Source of the DNA: Leptospira venezuelensis
Lineage (GTDB): Bacteria; Spirochaetota; Leptospiria; Leptospirales; Leptospiraceae
Assembly: GCF_002150035.1 (NCBI RefSeq)
Contig: NZ_NETS01000010.1
Span: 1,075,070 to 1,139,069 of the forward strand
Length of the DNA: 64,000 bases
Reading direction: 5' to 3'
A program made the position numbers and the translations under genes. Shown in pieces: positions 20,963 to 31,445 of this stretch. Every line of letters starts with the position of its first letter. Position 1 is the first letter of the stretch. The notes below the pieces were generated by a model that searched no databases, was not told the origin of the DNA, and saw nothing but the letters and a program-made list of their open reading frames with translations.

Positions 20963-21670
20963 TCAAATTCCCTTTCTTAAGATCAGAAAGGAGAGCCCTT
21001 TTCTATCCAGTAAAACCGAATGAAATGATTTATACGTACTATAATCCAAAATTGCCAGATTCTTTGTTTGGTCTGCGGCCGCGTTCAGAGAGAATGGGAT
21101 CCAAGGTTTGAACTGATTGGCTTGGCCTAGACCAAACTCTGATTGATTCACTCCAGAAAGAACAGGGATCGGTTTTTCTATAAATGCAGAAAGACCGGAA
21201 GAGAATGGAAAAAGCGGAGCAGAATCCAAACCAGGAGAGTAGATGATCGGCTCTATAGGTGAGATAAGTCCGTTATCCGCAAGAACTGCAATATCAAGGT
21301 CGGATAAATGTCTGAGCACATCGCCAACTTTTCCACCTAACAAATCATCAGAGAATAAAGAGCGAGCGGCTCCTAATAGAAGCAAGTCGATTTCCTTACT
21401 TTTTGCAATCTCTACAATCCCTGGAACAATCCAGTCGGAAGGGAATCCTACAGTTTCAAAACTGAATTCAGAACCGGCAGCTTCTTCTCTAACTGCTTGG
21501 AAAATTTCATCTTCTTCTAATATAGGAAATCCTTCCGATTTGGATTCCACTGAAACGACGTGTAACGCTACTATAGAAAGATTCTCTTTGGATTTAGAGA
21601 ATAGAGCCCTCGTTAGCCCGAAAAGTTTTGCTCCCATCTTGGGATTGGCAAACGAAATTAGAACTTTCAT
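20963..21670 (-). CDS. Universal stress protein family (UspA domain plus a C-terminal extension)
   Basis: IDLLLLGAARSLFSDDLLGGKVGDVLRHLSDLDIAVL resembles the Usp C-terminal ATP-binding motif. An AGGAGG Shine-Dalgarno sequence lies upstream. Confidence 0.55.
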   Translation of the reverse strand: MKVLISFANPKMGAKLFGLTRALFSKSKENLSIVALHVVSVESKSEGFPILEEDEIFQAVREEAAGSEFSFETVGFPSDWIVPGIVEIAKSKEIDLLLLGAARSLFSDDLLGGKVGDVLRHLSDLDIAVLADNGLISPIEPIIYSPGLDSAPLFPFSSGLSAFIEKPIPVLSGVNQSEFGLGQANQFKPWIPFSLNAAADQTKNLAILDYSTYKSFHSVLLDRKGLSFLILRKGI

Positions 21671-21981
21671 TTTCGCCTCCTAGGTTATAATTACCCCGGA
21701 ACTATTTCACTGGTTGAAAAAATCCCAGGGTCAGAATGAGCCGGGAAGATTGGAAGGAACTCCTGTCTTCTCTCCATGCTTACGAAGTTAGCTGACGGGC
21801 TAGGAAAGAGAGATTTCCCCCGTAAGAAACGGTTAGCCCCAAAAATTGGTTCCTCCGCTCCGATTTCTGTCGGATTAAGCAGACTCGCAAGGAAGTGTAG
21901 CTAGAAAAATGAATTTGTCAAGTAGTAGATTGAAGTGTTTATGGGCCGACTATAAGACAAACAAATGAATTCAGGATTCTT

Positions 21982-22674
21982 TTAAGCTGGTTTTCTTTTT
22001 CGAAATAACCAAGTTGTCGGAACCAAATACATTAGTATCAATATCACAAAGCCTGCGATACTCAACCACACGTTTATGAAAGCAAGAATAGTTACAAAAG
22101 AGTAAATATAAGGGCCTTTTATAAAATGTTTAGAGATCATTTCAATTTCTGCAATATCAGCATCAGGATTTCTGAGATATTCTTTTTTAACTCCATATCT
22201 CCAGACTAGATTAAAGGGAATTCCACCTAAAGCAATCCAGCCACCGTAAATCAAAGCTGCAATTTTGGAGTTTTCATTATCTAAAAGAATATATTCTCCT
22301 AACATTTCTGAACAAAAGGGGATAATGATTATGTTTAATAAAAGTAAGTTATTTAGGATGGTTAAGTTATGATCCACATACTTTACGTATCTGAAAATTG
22401 TATGGTGATTTGTCCAAACAACTGTGATGATCATAAAGCTAATCAAAAAACTTAAATAAGCAGGCCAGGCTTCTCCCAAGGCAACTAATAGATTTTTAGA
22501 ACCGATCTGCTCTGGAGTTGGGATCTTTATTTCAAGCGCCATTAGAGTTAATGCGATAGAAAAGATTGCGTCACTATAAGCAACAGTCCGTCCTGATTCT
22601 GTCAAAACAGGAGAAGGTTGTGAGATTGCGATAGTCTCTGTTTGCTTTTTTGATTTAGTTTTTTTAGCGGCCAT
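21982..22674 (-). CDS. DUF1211/TMEM175-like membrane protein (putative K+ channel family)
   Basis: RTVAYSDAIFSIALTLMALEI matches the R-x-x-x-FSD signature helix-1 of TMEM175/DUF1211. Confidence 0.65.
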   Translation of the reverse strand: MAAKKTKSKKQTETIAISQPSPVLTESGRTVAYSDAIFSIALTLMALEIKIPTPEQIGSKNLLVALGEAWPAYLSFLISFMIITVVWTNHHTIFRYVKYVDHNLTILNNLLLLNIIIIPFCSEMLGEYILLDNENSKIAALIYGGWIALGGIPFNLVWRYGVKKEYLRNPDADIAEIEMISKHFIKGPYIYSFVTILAFINVWLSIAGFVILILMYLVPTTWLFRKRKPA

Positions 22675-22715
22675 CTTTTTCCTAAAAGCCGAGTTCCCCC
22701 GGCTTTATCAAGTCA

Positions 22716-23030
22716 TTACTTAATATAGGAACAGCAATAGTCGCTCAGTTTTTTAACATTCAGTTTGAATTTGGAATTTGCAGGAACTTCAAAAGATTGT
22801 CCACCTTTGATTTCTTTCCATTCAGGATTTCCAGGTAGTTGGACCAACAGATCTCCATCTAGAATTTCCATAATTTCTTTATCATCAGTTCCGAATTCGT
22901 ATTCTCCTGGCATTAGGATACCTAGGGTCTTCTTTTCTCCGTTAGAGAATAATACAGTTCGACTGGTGACCTTACCGTCAAAGTATACATTCGCTTTTTT
23001 AATTACTGTTACGTTCTCGAATTGTTGCAT
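22716..23030 (-). CDS. ppnP: Pyrimidine/purine nucleoside phosphorylase (YaiE/DUF1255)
   Basis: [62 protein letters not shown] is collinear with PpnP family proteins. Confidence 0.8.
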   Translation of the reverse strand: MQQFENVTVIKKANVYFDGKVTSRTVLFSNGEKKTLGILMPGEYEFGTDDKEIMEILDGDLLVQLPGNPEWKEIKGGQSFEVPANSKFKLNVKKLSDYCCSYIK

Positions 23031-23090
23031 TATAGAATAGCTCCGAAACTAAAATTTAGTACGGAGCTTAGAACGATACCAAATAATTTG

Positions 23091-24785
23091 TTATTTGGAG
23101 GTCAACCAACGCATTCCTTCTTCTCTCGAAGGAGTATTGATCAGATCTATATTACCTGCTTTCATAGATTTAGTATCAATAGAAAGTTCGGAAAGAACTG
23201 ATTGAGGGATTACGATAGCGATCTTTTTTAAAGGAGAAGCCATCGCTTTTGGAAACCAAATCTCGTTTACCCAGGTTTGTGCTTCCGCAGAAACGATTCC
23301 CATATTAGATGTATCTGCCATCCATTTGGTAACTTGGAATTCTTTCACAAGTTCCAGGCCCTTCTCTAACATTTCACGATAACCTTCGTAACTAAAATTT
23401 TCGGTCCAGACTATCTCTACAAGATCGTATTTTTTAACGTAATATATCTTTCCGATCGCAGCTGTGAATTTTAGCTCATGAGTTTTGGAATCCATGACCT
23501 TCTCTGCTGCTTTTGTTTTTGCGGCGATCTGGAACATTCCTACGGTATTTCCGAGCTTGTTTGCAGTATTAGAGATCCCTAAAATTCTTTCTGCTAAAGA
23601 ATCACTATTTTCTGAATTACTTACAGCTAAATTACTGATAGAAGAAACCGAATCCACAACTTCTCTTGTTGCGGTATTATGCTCTGTAACTGCGTTTCGA
23701 ATCTCATCGGATCGTTTAAGAACAAAGTCTGCTTCTTTGAGAACAGAGTTTCTGAGTTCTTGTTGGGAATTGACAGCTGCTCTCACTTCTGTAATTTGAG
23801 CGGACATTCTATCTATTGTTTCTATAATTTCTTGGATCTCTTTTGTTGTGATCTGGATCCTTTCCAAACCTTGAAACATATCATCTTGGTTCTTTTTCAC
23901 TAATTCATTGATACTTCTTACGCTCAAAGCAGTTCTTTCTGCAAGTTTAGAAACCTCATCTGCAACTACTGCAAAACCTCTTCCTGCTTCTCCGGCTCTT
24001 GCTGCCTCAATAGACGCGTTAAGTGCTAACATATTAATTTTTTCACTGATATCAGCGATATTCCCGATCGTTTTTGTAATCTCTTTAGAACTTTTTGAAA
24101 GATTGTCTATGGCCTGGCCCATATAGTTTAAGGATTGGGAACCTTTCTCTGCACGTTTGGAAATATCTTCAAAGGAAATTAAGGTTTCATCCACTTGGCC
24201 TTTTGTCTTTTCGATCGCAGAAGAAAGTTTTTCCACCTCTGTAACTAAGCTACCCATACTATGCGCGTTTTCTCCTGCAATTGAAGAAATTGAAGTTGCT
24301 ACTCCGGAAATTTCTTCGATGGATGCGGAGACTTCTTCTGTTGCAGCTGACTGGGATTGTATATTAGAACCGAAGTCTAAAACAACAGTCCTCATTTCTC
24401 CAGATTCCGTAGAAAGATTTTCTGCTGTGCTTCTGATCAGACCGATCAACTCAGATTGGCCTTGTAACATTCTATGAAAACTTTCATAAAAATCAAAAAG
24501 TAGATCTTTCGAATTTGTTTCTATTCTCGCAGTTAGATCACCTTTACTCACCTTCTTAAATGAATCTTGTATAGTTTGGAAAGTGCTAGCAAGCCAGGTA
24601 CCTGAAAAAATTCCCATACATAAAGAAAAGAAAATCCCAACTCCTGCAGAGATGGAAGTCGCGAATCCGAATTTTTCCGCAGGAAGGACCCCTAAAAAGT
24701 AGAATGTTCCGAGTATGGATCCGAGGACCAAAGAAGTGAAAATTGAGTAAGAGAAAAAATAATAAAGCCTAAGTTTGAATAACAT
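23091..24785 (-). CDS. Methyl-accepting chemotaxis protein with an additional ~150-aa C-terminal domain of unknown function
   Basis: Two N-terminal TM helices and an MCP signalling domain (LALNASIEAARAGEAGRGFAVVADEVSKLAERT). An extra C-terminal alpha/beta-looking domain lies after the methyl-accepting region. Confidence 0.85.
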   Translation of the reverse strand: MLFKLRLYYFFSYSIFTSLVLGSILGTFYFLGVLPAEKFGFATSISAGVGIFFSLCMGIFSGTWLASTFQTIQDSFKKVSKGDLTARIETNSKDLLFDFYESFHRMLQGQSELIGLIRSTAENLSTESGEMRTVVLDFGSNIQSQSAATEEVSASIEEISGVATSISSIAGENAHSMGSLVTEVEKLSSAIEKTKGQVDETLISFEDISKRAEKGSQSLNYMGQAIDNLSKSSKEITKTIGNIADISEKINMLALNASIEAARAGEAGRGFAVVADEVSKLAERTALSVRSINELVKKNQDDMFQGLERIQITTKEIQEIIETIDRMSAQITEVRAAVNSQQELRNSVLKEADFVLKRSDEIRNAVTEHNTATREVVDSVSSISNLAVSNSENSDSLAERILGISNTANKLGNTVGMFQIAAKTKAAEKVMDSKTHELKFTAAIGKIYYVKKYDLVEIVWTENFSYEGYREMLEKGLELVKEFQVTKWMADTSNMGIVSAEAQTWVNEIWFPKAMASPLKKIAIVIPQSVLSELSIDTKSMKAGNIDLINTPSREEGMRWLTSK

Positions 24786-25035
24786 TGAGATTCCTTTCTG
24801 TATAGGACGGAGAACTTATTTTGGAACCTATTCTAAGTCAGTCTTAAATTGAAAATAGGCCCGAATCCTCTGGCACTTCCTCCTTGCTTTTGCAAGGATA
24901 GGTGGAGAAGTTTCGCTCTTTGGGAATCTGATTTATCCCTTATGGGATATTTTTTGTTTATTTTTTCTGTCAGACGAACACCGGGACTGCTTAAAATCCA
25001 AAATTCTTGACTTTTTTAGAATATTAAGGAAACTT

Positions 25036-25062
25036 GAGAGATACTTTGGCACTCTAACTTGC
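25036..25062 (+). promoter_or_regulatory. CIRCE operator (HrcA binding site) of the heat-shock operon
   Basis: TTGGCACTC-N9-GAGTGCCAA is a perfect 9-bp inverted repeat matching the CIRCE consensus TTAGCACTC-N9-GAGTGCTAA. It lies about 20 nt upstream of hrcA. Confidence 0.85.
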
Positions 25063-25083
25063 AGAGTGCCAATAAGAGTAGAT

Positions 25084-26112
25084 ATGGAACTATCCCAAAG
25101 ACATAGGATGATCCTGAAAGCCACGGTGGATGAGTTTATACAAGAGAACCGTCCAGTTGGCTCTAAAACCTTATTCGATAAACATGATATAGGTTTGTCC
25201 CCGGCATCTATACGTACCGTTCTCAAAGAACTGGAAGAGATGGGATATCTCGCTTCTCGACATACTTCGGGGGGAAGGATCCCAACAGAGATAGGCTATC
25301 GATTCTATGTGGATTCTTTAGTGGTTCTTTATGAGTTAACCATTAAGGAAAAACAAAGGATTCAGGAAGAATACCTAAAGATGCAGTTTAAACTGGATCA
25401 GATCCTGAAAGCGACAGCAAGTGTTCTCGCTAGTCTTTCAAATTCGGCGGGAGTGGTTTTAGGACCGGCCAAAAGTTTAGACACTCTAAAACATGTTGAG
25501 TTGATCCATGTTCATGGGGACGAGGTTCTGATGATCATGGTAATGCGATCCGGAGCTGTGCTGAACCGGAGCGTATTCTTAGATAGGAATTATAGCCAGG
25601 AAGAGTTGTATCAGATCTCAAAGTATCTGAATGATAACGCAAAAGGTTATGATATGTTCGAGATCCAGGAGAAGGTGATCCCTTCTCTATTGCTGAGAAA
25701 AGACGGACCATTAGATTTTTATAAAGTGTCTGGAGTGATCTCTTCCGCAATGACGCCGGATAATTCCGAAGTGTCTTTGTATATTGATGGTCTCAAGAAT
25801 TTATACGGAAGATTTAAGGACGAAGAGGAAAAACTTAACCAGGTTCTCTCCTTACTGGATGATAAAAGATTCCTCACCGGAATGTTTGGGGATTATCCTG
25901 AACATGATGGAGTGTATACCGTCATTGGAAAGGACGGAGACGGAAGAATGGGCGGAGTGAGTATCATTACTTCTGGATATAGAATGGGAGAAAAAAGGAT
26001 AGGCGCTATGGGAATCATAGGTCCACAGAGGATGGATTATCATAGAGCACTTCCACTTGTAGATTTTACTTCGAAACTGGTTTCGGAGATGATCACGCGT
26101 ATTAGTAAGTAG
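25084..26112 (+). CDS. hrcA: Heat-inducible transcription repressor HrcA. The start is chosen at MELSQRH; the track ORF starts at 25066.
   Basis: N-terminal winged-helix LSQRHRMILKATVDEFIQENRPVGSKTL. It heads the hrcA-grpE-dnaK-dnaJ operon. AAGAG lies 6 nt upstream of ATG 25084. Confidence 0.85.
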   Translation: MELSQRHRMILKATVDEFIQENRPVGSKTLFDKHDIGLSPASIRTVLKELEEMGYLASRHTSGGRIPTEIGYRFYVDSLVVLYELTIKEKQRIQEEYLKMQFKLDQILKATASVLASLSNSAGVVLGPAKSLDTLKHVELIHVHGDEVLMIMVMRSGAVLNRSVFLDRNYSQEELYQISKYLNDNAKGYDMFEIQEKVIPSLLLRKDGPLDFYKVSGVISSAMTPDNSEVSLYIDGLKNLYGRFKDEEEKLNQVLSLLDDKRFLTGMFGDYPEHDGVYTVIGKDGDGRMGGVSIITSGYRMGEKRIGAMGIIGPQRMDYHRALPLVDFTSKLVSEMITRISK

Positions 26113-26121
26113 TAATGAACC

Positions 26122-26697
26122 ATGCAAGGAAATGATAGAGAGATGAGTCAAGAAGAAGCGGTCGCAACGCCTACCGGAGAAAATTCGGCTGATTCCCAAA
26201 AGCCGGAAAGCGTAGAGGAAACTTTACGTAAGGAATTGGAGATTGCGAAAAAAGAGATCGAATCCTTAAAAGATTCTTGGACTCGTGAAAGAGCCGAGTT
26301 TCAGAATTATAAGAGGAGATCTGCGCAAGAATTTTCTAATATTAAGAAGGAAGCAGTCAAATCTCTGGTAGCGGAGTTTTTGAATCCGATCGATAATTTG
26401 GATCGTGTTGGTTCCGGTGTAAATGTTACGGAAGAGGTAAAACCTTTCGTGGACGGAGTAACGATGATCCTAAAGGAATTTTATTCCGTATTAGAAAGAT
26501 CGAATGTGTTTAGGCAGTATCCGCAAGGAGAAACGTTTGATCCAACTTCGATGGAAGCATTGTCTTCTGAAGAAGGGGAGCAATATACAGAAGAGACCGT
26601 GATAGAAGTCTATCAGGCAGGGTTCTATATTAAGGAAAACGAAGATAAGTTCTCCTTAAGACCTGCAAGGGTGAGAATTGGAAAACCTAAAGCTTAA
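26122..26697 (+). CDS. grpE: Nucleotide exchange factor GrpE
   Basis: WTRERAEFQNYKRR and a C-terminal GrpE domain. Confidence 0.9.
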   Translation: MQGNDREMSQEEAVATPTGENSADSQKPESVEETLRKELEIAKKEIESLKDSWTRERAEFQNYKRRSAQEFSNIKKEAVKSLVAEFLNPIDNLDRVGSGVNVTEEVKPFVDGVTMILKEFYSVLERSNVFRQYPQGETFDPTSMEALSSEEGEQYTEETVIEVYQAGFYIKENEDKFSLRPARVRIGKPKA

Positions 26698-26794
26698 TGC
26701 TTTGGGACTTAGGCACATGGTGCCTTGAATAAAACGAATTAAATCATGAATAACCGCCGGGGTAAGGACTCAAATGGCGGAAGGAGAAACCAAA

Positions 26795-28729
26795 ATGTCA
26801 AAAGAGAAGATTATCGGAATCGACTTAGGAACCACAAACTCTTGCGTTTCCGTTATGGAAGGTGGAGACCCGGTAGTAATCCAAAACTCCGAAGGTGCTA
26901 GAACTACTCCGTCGATCGTTGCTTTTACCGCTAAAGGGGAAACTTTGGTAGGCCAGTTCGCTAAGAACCAGGCTATTACTAACGCGGTAAATACGATTCG
27001 TTCCGCAAAAAGATTTATAGGACGCAGATTCAACGAGACCGAACAAGAGATGAAGCACGTTTCCTATAAAGTAATCAAAAGTGGTAACGATGGATTAAAA
27101 TTCGAAACTGCTAACGGTGAGTTCACTGCTCAAGAGATCTCTGCTCGTGTTCTTCAAAAGATGAAACAAACTGCAGAAGATTATCTTGGTCACAAAGTGA
27201 CCAAGGCGGTGATCACAGTTCCTGCTTATTTCAATGACGAACAACGTCAGGCAACTAAAGATGCAGGAAGAATCGCTGGTCTGGAAGTAGAAAGGATCAT
27301 TAACGAGCCTACTGCTGCTGCACTTGCTTACGGTTTCGATAAGAAGAAGAGTAATGCAAAAATCGCCGTTTATGACTTGGGAGGAGGAACCTTCGACGTT
27401 TCTATCCTTGAGTTAGGAGACGGTGTATTCGAAGTAAAATCTACCAATGGTGACACTCACTTAGGTGGCGACGATTTCGATATGGTCATCATGGAATGGA
27501 TGATCGAAGAATTCAAAAAGCAGTACGGGATCGATATCTCCCAAGATAAGAATACCGTTCAACGTTTGAAAGAAGCTGCAGAAAAAGCAAAAATCGAACT
27601 TTCCGGGACCATGTCTACTCAAGTGAACTTGCCGTTCATCACTGCTGATGCTACTGGACCAAAACACTTGGATATGAATCTTACAAGAGCTAAGTTCGAT
27701 CAGTTGACTAGCCGTTTGGTAGAAAGAACTCGTATTCCGTGTGAAAACGCGTTACGTGATGCTGGATTAAAAGCTTCCGATATCGACGAAGTGATATTAG
27801 TGGGAGGATCCACTCGTATCCCTGCTGTACAAGAACTTGTAAAAGGAATTTTTGGTAAAGAACCGAATCGTTCTGTAAACCCTGACGAGGTAGTTGCAAT
27901 CGGTGCTGCTATCCAAGGCGGAGTTTTAGCTGGAGAAGTTTCAGACGTTCTTCTATTGGATGTAACCCCACTTTCACTCGGTATCGAGACATTGGGTGGC
28001 GTAATGACCAAGTTGATCGACAGAAATACTACGATCCCAACTAAAAAATCTCAGGTGTTCTCTACTGCTGCGGACAATCAAAATGCAGTGTCTATCCATG
28101 TTCTCCAAGGAGAAAGAGATATGGCTGCCGGTAACCGCACGCTCGGAAGATTCGATCTGATTGGAATTGCACCTGCACCTAGAGGAGTTCCTCAAATTGA
28201 AGTTACATTCGATATCGATGCGAACGGTATAGTGCATGTTTCTGCAAAAGATCTGGGAACTGGTAAAGAACAAAAGATACGTATTGAATCTTCTTCTGGA
28301 TTAAGCGAAGACGAGATCTCTAAAATGGTAAAAGATGCAGAGGCACATGCTGCTGCAGATAAAGCTGCTAGGGAACTTGTAGAAGCTAAGAACGAGTTGG
28401 ATACGATCACTTATTCTTTGGAAAAAGCGGTTACAGATGCTGCGGATAAACTTTCAGACAGCGAAAAACAATTGGCGAATGACGAGATCAAACGCGCAAG
28501 AGAAGCGATCGAATCAGGTGATATCGGTCGTATTAACGCTGCGAAAGAATCCATTACCAAGAGAGCTTCGGAAATAGGTTCCAAAATTTATTCCCAAGGA
28601 GCTCCAGGCGAGGAAGCAGGTCCAGGACCTAACGGTGCGGGACCAGGAGAAGGCGCAGACAATTCCCAAGCTAAGGGAGAAAAGGTCGTGGACGCCGACT
28701 ATACCGTAGTGGACGATGAGAAAAAGTAA
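26795..28729 (+). CDS. dnaK: Chaperone DnaK (Hsp70). The start is at [16 protein letters not shown].
   Basis: Hsp70 signatures IDLGTTNS and [15 protein letters not shown] Shine-Dalgarno sequence lies before ATG 26795. Confidence 0.95.
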   Translation: MSKEKIIGIDLGTTNSCVSVMEGGDPVVIQNSEGARTTPSIVAFTAKGETLVGQFAKNQAITNAVNTIRSAKRFIGRRFNETEQEMKHVSYKVIKSGNDGLKFETANGEFTAQEISARVLQKMKQTAEDYLGHKVTKAVITVPAYFNDEQRQATKDAGRIAGLEVERIINEPTAAALAYGFDKKKSNAKIAVYDLGGGTFDVSILELGDGVFEVKSTNGDTHLGGDDFDMVIMEWMIEEFKKQYGIDISQDKNTVQRLKEAAEKAKIELSGTMSTQVNLPFITADATGPKHLDMNLTRAKFDQLTSRLVERTRIPCENALRDAGLKASDIDEVILVGGSTRIPAVQELVKGIFGKEPNRSVNPDEVVAIGAAIQGGVLAGEVSDVLLLDVTPLSLGIETLGGVMTKLIDRNTTIPTKKSQVFSTAADNQNAVSIHVLQGERDMAAGNRTLGRFDLIGIAPAPRGVPQIEVTFDIDANGIVHVSAKDLGTGKEQKIRIESSSGLSEDEISKMVKDAEAHAAADKAARELVEAKNELDTITYSLEKAVTDAADKLSDSEKQLANDEIKRAREAIESGDIGRINAAKESITKRASEIGSKIYSQGAPGEEAGPGPNGAGPGEGADNSQAKGEKVVDADYTVVDDEKK

Positions 28730-28736
28730 CTAAGAC

Positions 28737-29864
28737 ATGAGTGACAAAAGTTACTACGATATCCTCGGAGTTTCCAAATCCGCGACTGATGAAGAAATCA
28801 AGTCTGCGTATCGGAAGTTAGCTATCAAATATCACCCTGATAAGAACCAGGGTGATAAAGCTGCTGAAGAGAAATTTAAGGAAGCTACCGAGGCCTACGA
28901 AGTTTTAAGAGACGCCAATAAGCGTCGCATGTACGACCAATACGGCAAAGCCGGAGTGGGTGCAGGCGCTCAAGGTGGATTTGGAGGAGGAGCATATACT
29001 GACTTCTCTGATATCTTCGGTGATTTCGGAGATATTTTCGGCGACTTCTTCGGAGGGGGAGCAGGAAGAGGTGCTGGAGGCGGTGCTCGCAGATCCGGTC
29101 CACAACGCGGCTCCGATCTTCGTTATAATCTAGAAGTTTCCCTCGAAGACGCAGCTCTAGGCAGGGAATATAAAATCGAAATCCCAAGACTGGAAACCTG
29201 TGTAGATTGTGGAGGTTCCGGTGCAAACAAGGGAAGCACTCCTCAAACTTGTCCGGATTGCGGCGGTTCAGGGCAGATCCGTAGATCTCAGGGATTCTTC
29301 TCCGTTGCAACTACATGTGGAACCTGTCGTGGAAAAGGTACAATCATATCTAATCCGTGCAAGACCTGTCATGGACAAGGCCTAGTAGAAAAAAGACGTA
29401 CTATCAATATTAAGATCCCACCTGGTATCGAATCAGGAAGCAGACTAAAAGTTTCCGGCGAAGGGGAAGCAGGACCTAATGGTGGTCCTCATGGAGATCT
29501 ATATGTGGTAACACATATTAAAAAACATGAATTATTCGAACGCCAAGCAAACGACTTGATCTTAAACAAAAAGATCAGTTTAACACAAGCAATCTTAGGT
29601 GGAGACATTGAAGTTCCAACCATAGACGGCAAAAAGGTGAAGATGAAAATTCCGGAAGGAACCGAGTCAGGCCAAGTGTTCCGTTTGAAAGGTCATGGAA
29701 TTCCGTATCTAGGTGGATATGGAAAAGGGGACCAACACGTGATCGTTCGCATCGAGATCCCTAAAAAACTAACTAGACGACAAAGAGAATTGATCGAAGA
29801 ATTCGCCCGTGAGTCCGGAGAATCTGTTTCCGGTTCTAAGGGTAAAATTTTTACGAATAAGTAA
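28737..29864 (+). CDS. dnaJ: Chaperone DnaJ
   Basis: J-domain with HPD motif, G/F-rich region, and four CxxCxGxG zinc-finger repeats. Confidence 0.95.
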   Translation: MSDKSYYDILGVSKSATDEEIKSAYRKLAIKYHPDKNQGDKAAEEKFKEATEAYEVLRDANKRRMYDQYGKAGVGAGAQGGFGGGAYTDFSDIFGDFGDIFGDFFGGGAGRGAGGGARRSGPQRGSDLRYNLEVSLEDAALGREYKIEIPRLETCVDCGGSGANKGSTPQTCPDCGGSGQIRRSQGFFSVATTCGTCRGKGTIISNPCKTCHGQGLVEKRRTINIKIPPGIESGSRLKVSGEGEAGPNGGPHGDLYVVTHIKKHELFERQANDLILNKKISLTQAILGGDIEVPTIDGKKVKMKIPEGTESGQVFRLKGHGIPYLGGYGKGDQHVIVRIEIPKKLTRRQRELIEEFARESGESVSGSKGKIFTNK

Positions 29865-29885
29865 TATCCACAAAAAGGAAGTTTC

Positions 29886-30845
29886 ATGACTAACAAAGTC
29901 AAGATCGGAGTAATCGGGACAGGCCATATGGGCCAATACCACGTGAACGTGGCCAAAACATTAAGCGATGCGGAGTTGATCGGTATTTATGACTCTGATT
30001 CCGAAAGAGCCTCCCAGATGGCGGAAAAACATAAAACTTCTGCCTTCTCAACTGTAGACGATCTGATCAAGCATACTGATTCTGTGATCATTGCGGTGCC
30101 TACATTCTTGCACCACGAAATTGGTAAGAAGGCACTCCTGGCCGGCAAACATGTTTTGGTAGAGAAGCCGATCGCAGAAACATTAGAACAAGCCAAAGAA
30201 TTAGTGGAACTCGCTTCTAAAAACAATTTGGTCTTACAAGTAGGTCACGTTGAACGTTTTAACGGTGCGGTCCTAGAACTTGGAAAGATCGTAACTGAAC
30301 CTTTATTGATCGAATCCAGAAGATTAGCCCCTTTTAATCCTAGAATTAAGGATGTCGGAGTAGTTCTGGATATGATGATCCACGATATTGATATCGTATT
30401 GAATCTTGTAAAATCTCCCGTCAAATATCTAAGTGCAGTGGGGACCAAAGTGGTTTCCGCTCACGAAGATATTGCATCCGTTATTCTCCATTTCGAGAAT
30501 GGTGCGATTGCGAATATTTCCGCGAGCAGAAATACACAAGCCAAAATTCGGACCCTGAATATCACTCAAAAAGACGTGTACATCACATTAGATTTTAGCG
30601 ACCAAGAGATCGAGCTTCATAGACAAGCTACTTCGGATATTCTACTTAGGACCGGAGAGATCAAATATCGCCAAGAATCCATTGTTGAGAAGATATTCGT
30701 TCATAAGGATAACCCTTTAAAACAGGAACATGAACATTTTGTAAAATGTATCCTAAAAGAAACGGAACCTTTAGTGGATGGAAGATCCGATATCCAAACT
30801 CTGGAGATCGCGTACAGAATTTTGAAAGAGATACATAAAAACTGA
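29886..30845 (+). CDS. Gfo/Idh/MocA-family NAD(P)-dependent oxidoreductase
   Basis: Rossmann N-terminus KIGVIGTGHMGQYHV and the EKP motif. Confidence 0.8.
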   Translation: MTNKVKIGVIGTGHMGQYHVNVAKTLSDAELIGIYDSDSERASQMAEKHKTSAFSTVDDLIKHTDSVIIAVPTFLHHEIGKKALLAGKHVLVEKPIAETLEQAKELVELASKNNLVLQVGHVERFNGAVLELGKIVTEPLLIESRRLAPFNPRIKDVGVVLDMMIHDIDIVLNLVKSPVKYLSAVGTKVVSAHEDIASVILHFENGAIANISASRNTQAKIRTLNITQKDVYITLDFSDQEIELHRQATSDILLRTGEIKYRQESIVEKIFVHKDNPLKQEHEHFVKCILKETEPLVDGRSDIQTLEIAYRILKEIHKN

Positions 30846-30854
30846 TCGGGTAGT

Positions 30855-31409
30855 ATGGAAAACGGATTCAGCGGAAAAGTATTAATCTCTAATTCGTCTA
30901 TCGTAACGGATTATTTCAATCGTACTGTGATCCTAATGGTGGAACACGATCAATCGGGCGCATTCGGCCTTGTATTGAATAAAAAGATGGATGTTGCATT
31001 GAGCGAAGTGATCCAAGGAATTCCGGAAGGAATAGACGGATCTTCTCCGATCTATTCCGGAGGTCCTGTAGATCCTACCTTTGTCTCCATTCTTCATGAT
31101 AATCCTAAATTAAAACAACCTGGGATCGAAGTTATCCCTGGTGTGTTTCTTGCCAGAAGTTTTGAAGCTCTGGTGGAATTATTAGAACATCCTGATAAAA
31201 CCAAATTTAACGTATACCAAGGATATTCCGGTTGGGGAGCTTCTCAACTAGAAGGTGAGATGGAGCGTAAATCTTGGGTGGTTCATGATCCAAACGCGGA
31301 GTGGATCTTTACAGAAGATCCGGAAGCAACTTGGCAAGAAGCCTTAAAGAGCAAAGGTGGATTGTATAAGTATTTCGTGGAACATACCAAAGATCCAATG
31401 TTGAACTAG
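30855..31409 (+). CDS. yqgE: YqgE/AlgH family protein (UPF0301)
   Basis: GKVLISNSSIVTDYFNRTVILMVEHDQSGAFGLVLNK is typical of DUF179. Confidence 0.8.
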   Translation: MENGFSGKVLISNSSIVTDYFNRTVILMVEHDQSGAFGLVLNKKMDVALSEVIQGIPEGIDGSSPIYSGGPVDPTFVSILHDNPKLKQPGIEVIPGVFLARSFEALVELLEHPDKTKFNVYQGYSGWGASQLEGEMERKSWVVHDPNAEWIFTEDPEATWQEALKSKGGLYKYFVEHTKDPMLN

Positions 31410-31445
31410 GGTTTTTAAACAGATTAATGAAAGAGGCTTCCCTTT

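Noticed and set aside
21700-21960. SRP RNA, RNase P RNA or 6S RNA in the structured intergenic region
   Set aside because: The GGAAGGAAC segment only loosely resembles SRP domain IV. The conserved RNase P P4 motifs (GGAAAGUCCGGGCUCC / ACAGAACCCGGCUUA) are absent. It is kept only as an unclassified structured region.
26770-28410. Several antisense ORFs within dnaK (26770-27033, 27461-27667, 27700-28011, 27974-28273, 28192-28410)
   Set aside because: They overlap a highly conserved Hsp70 coding frame. They are compositional artefacts.
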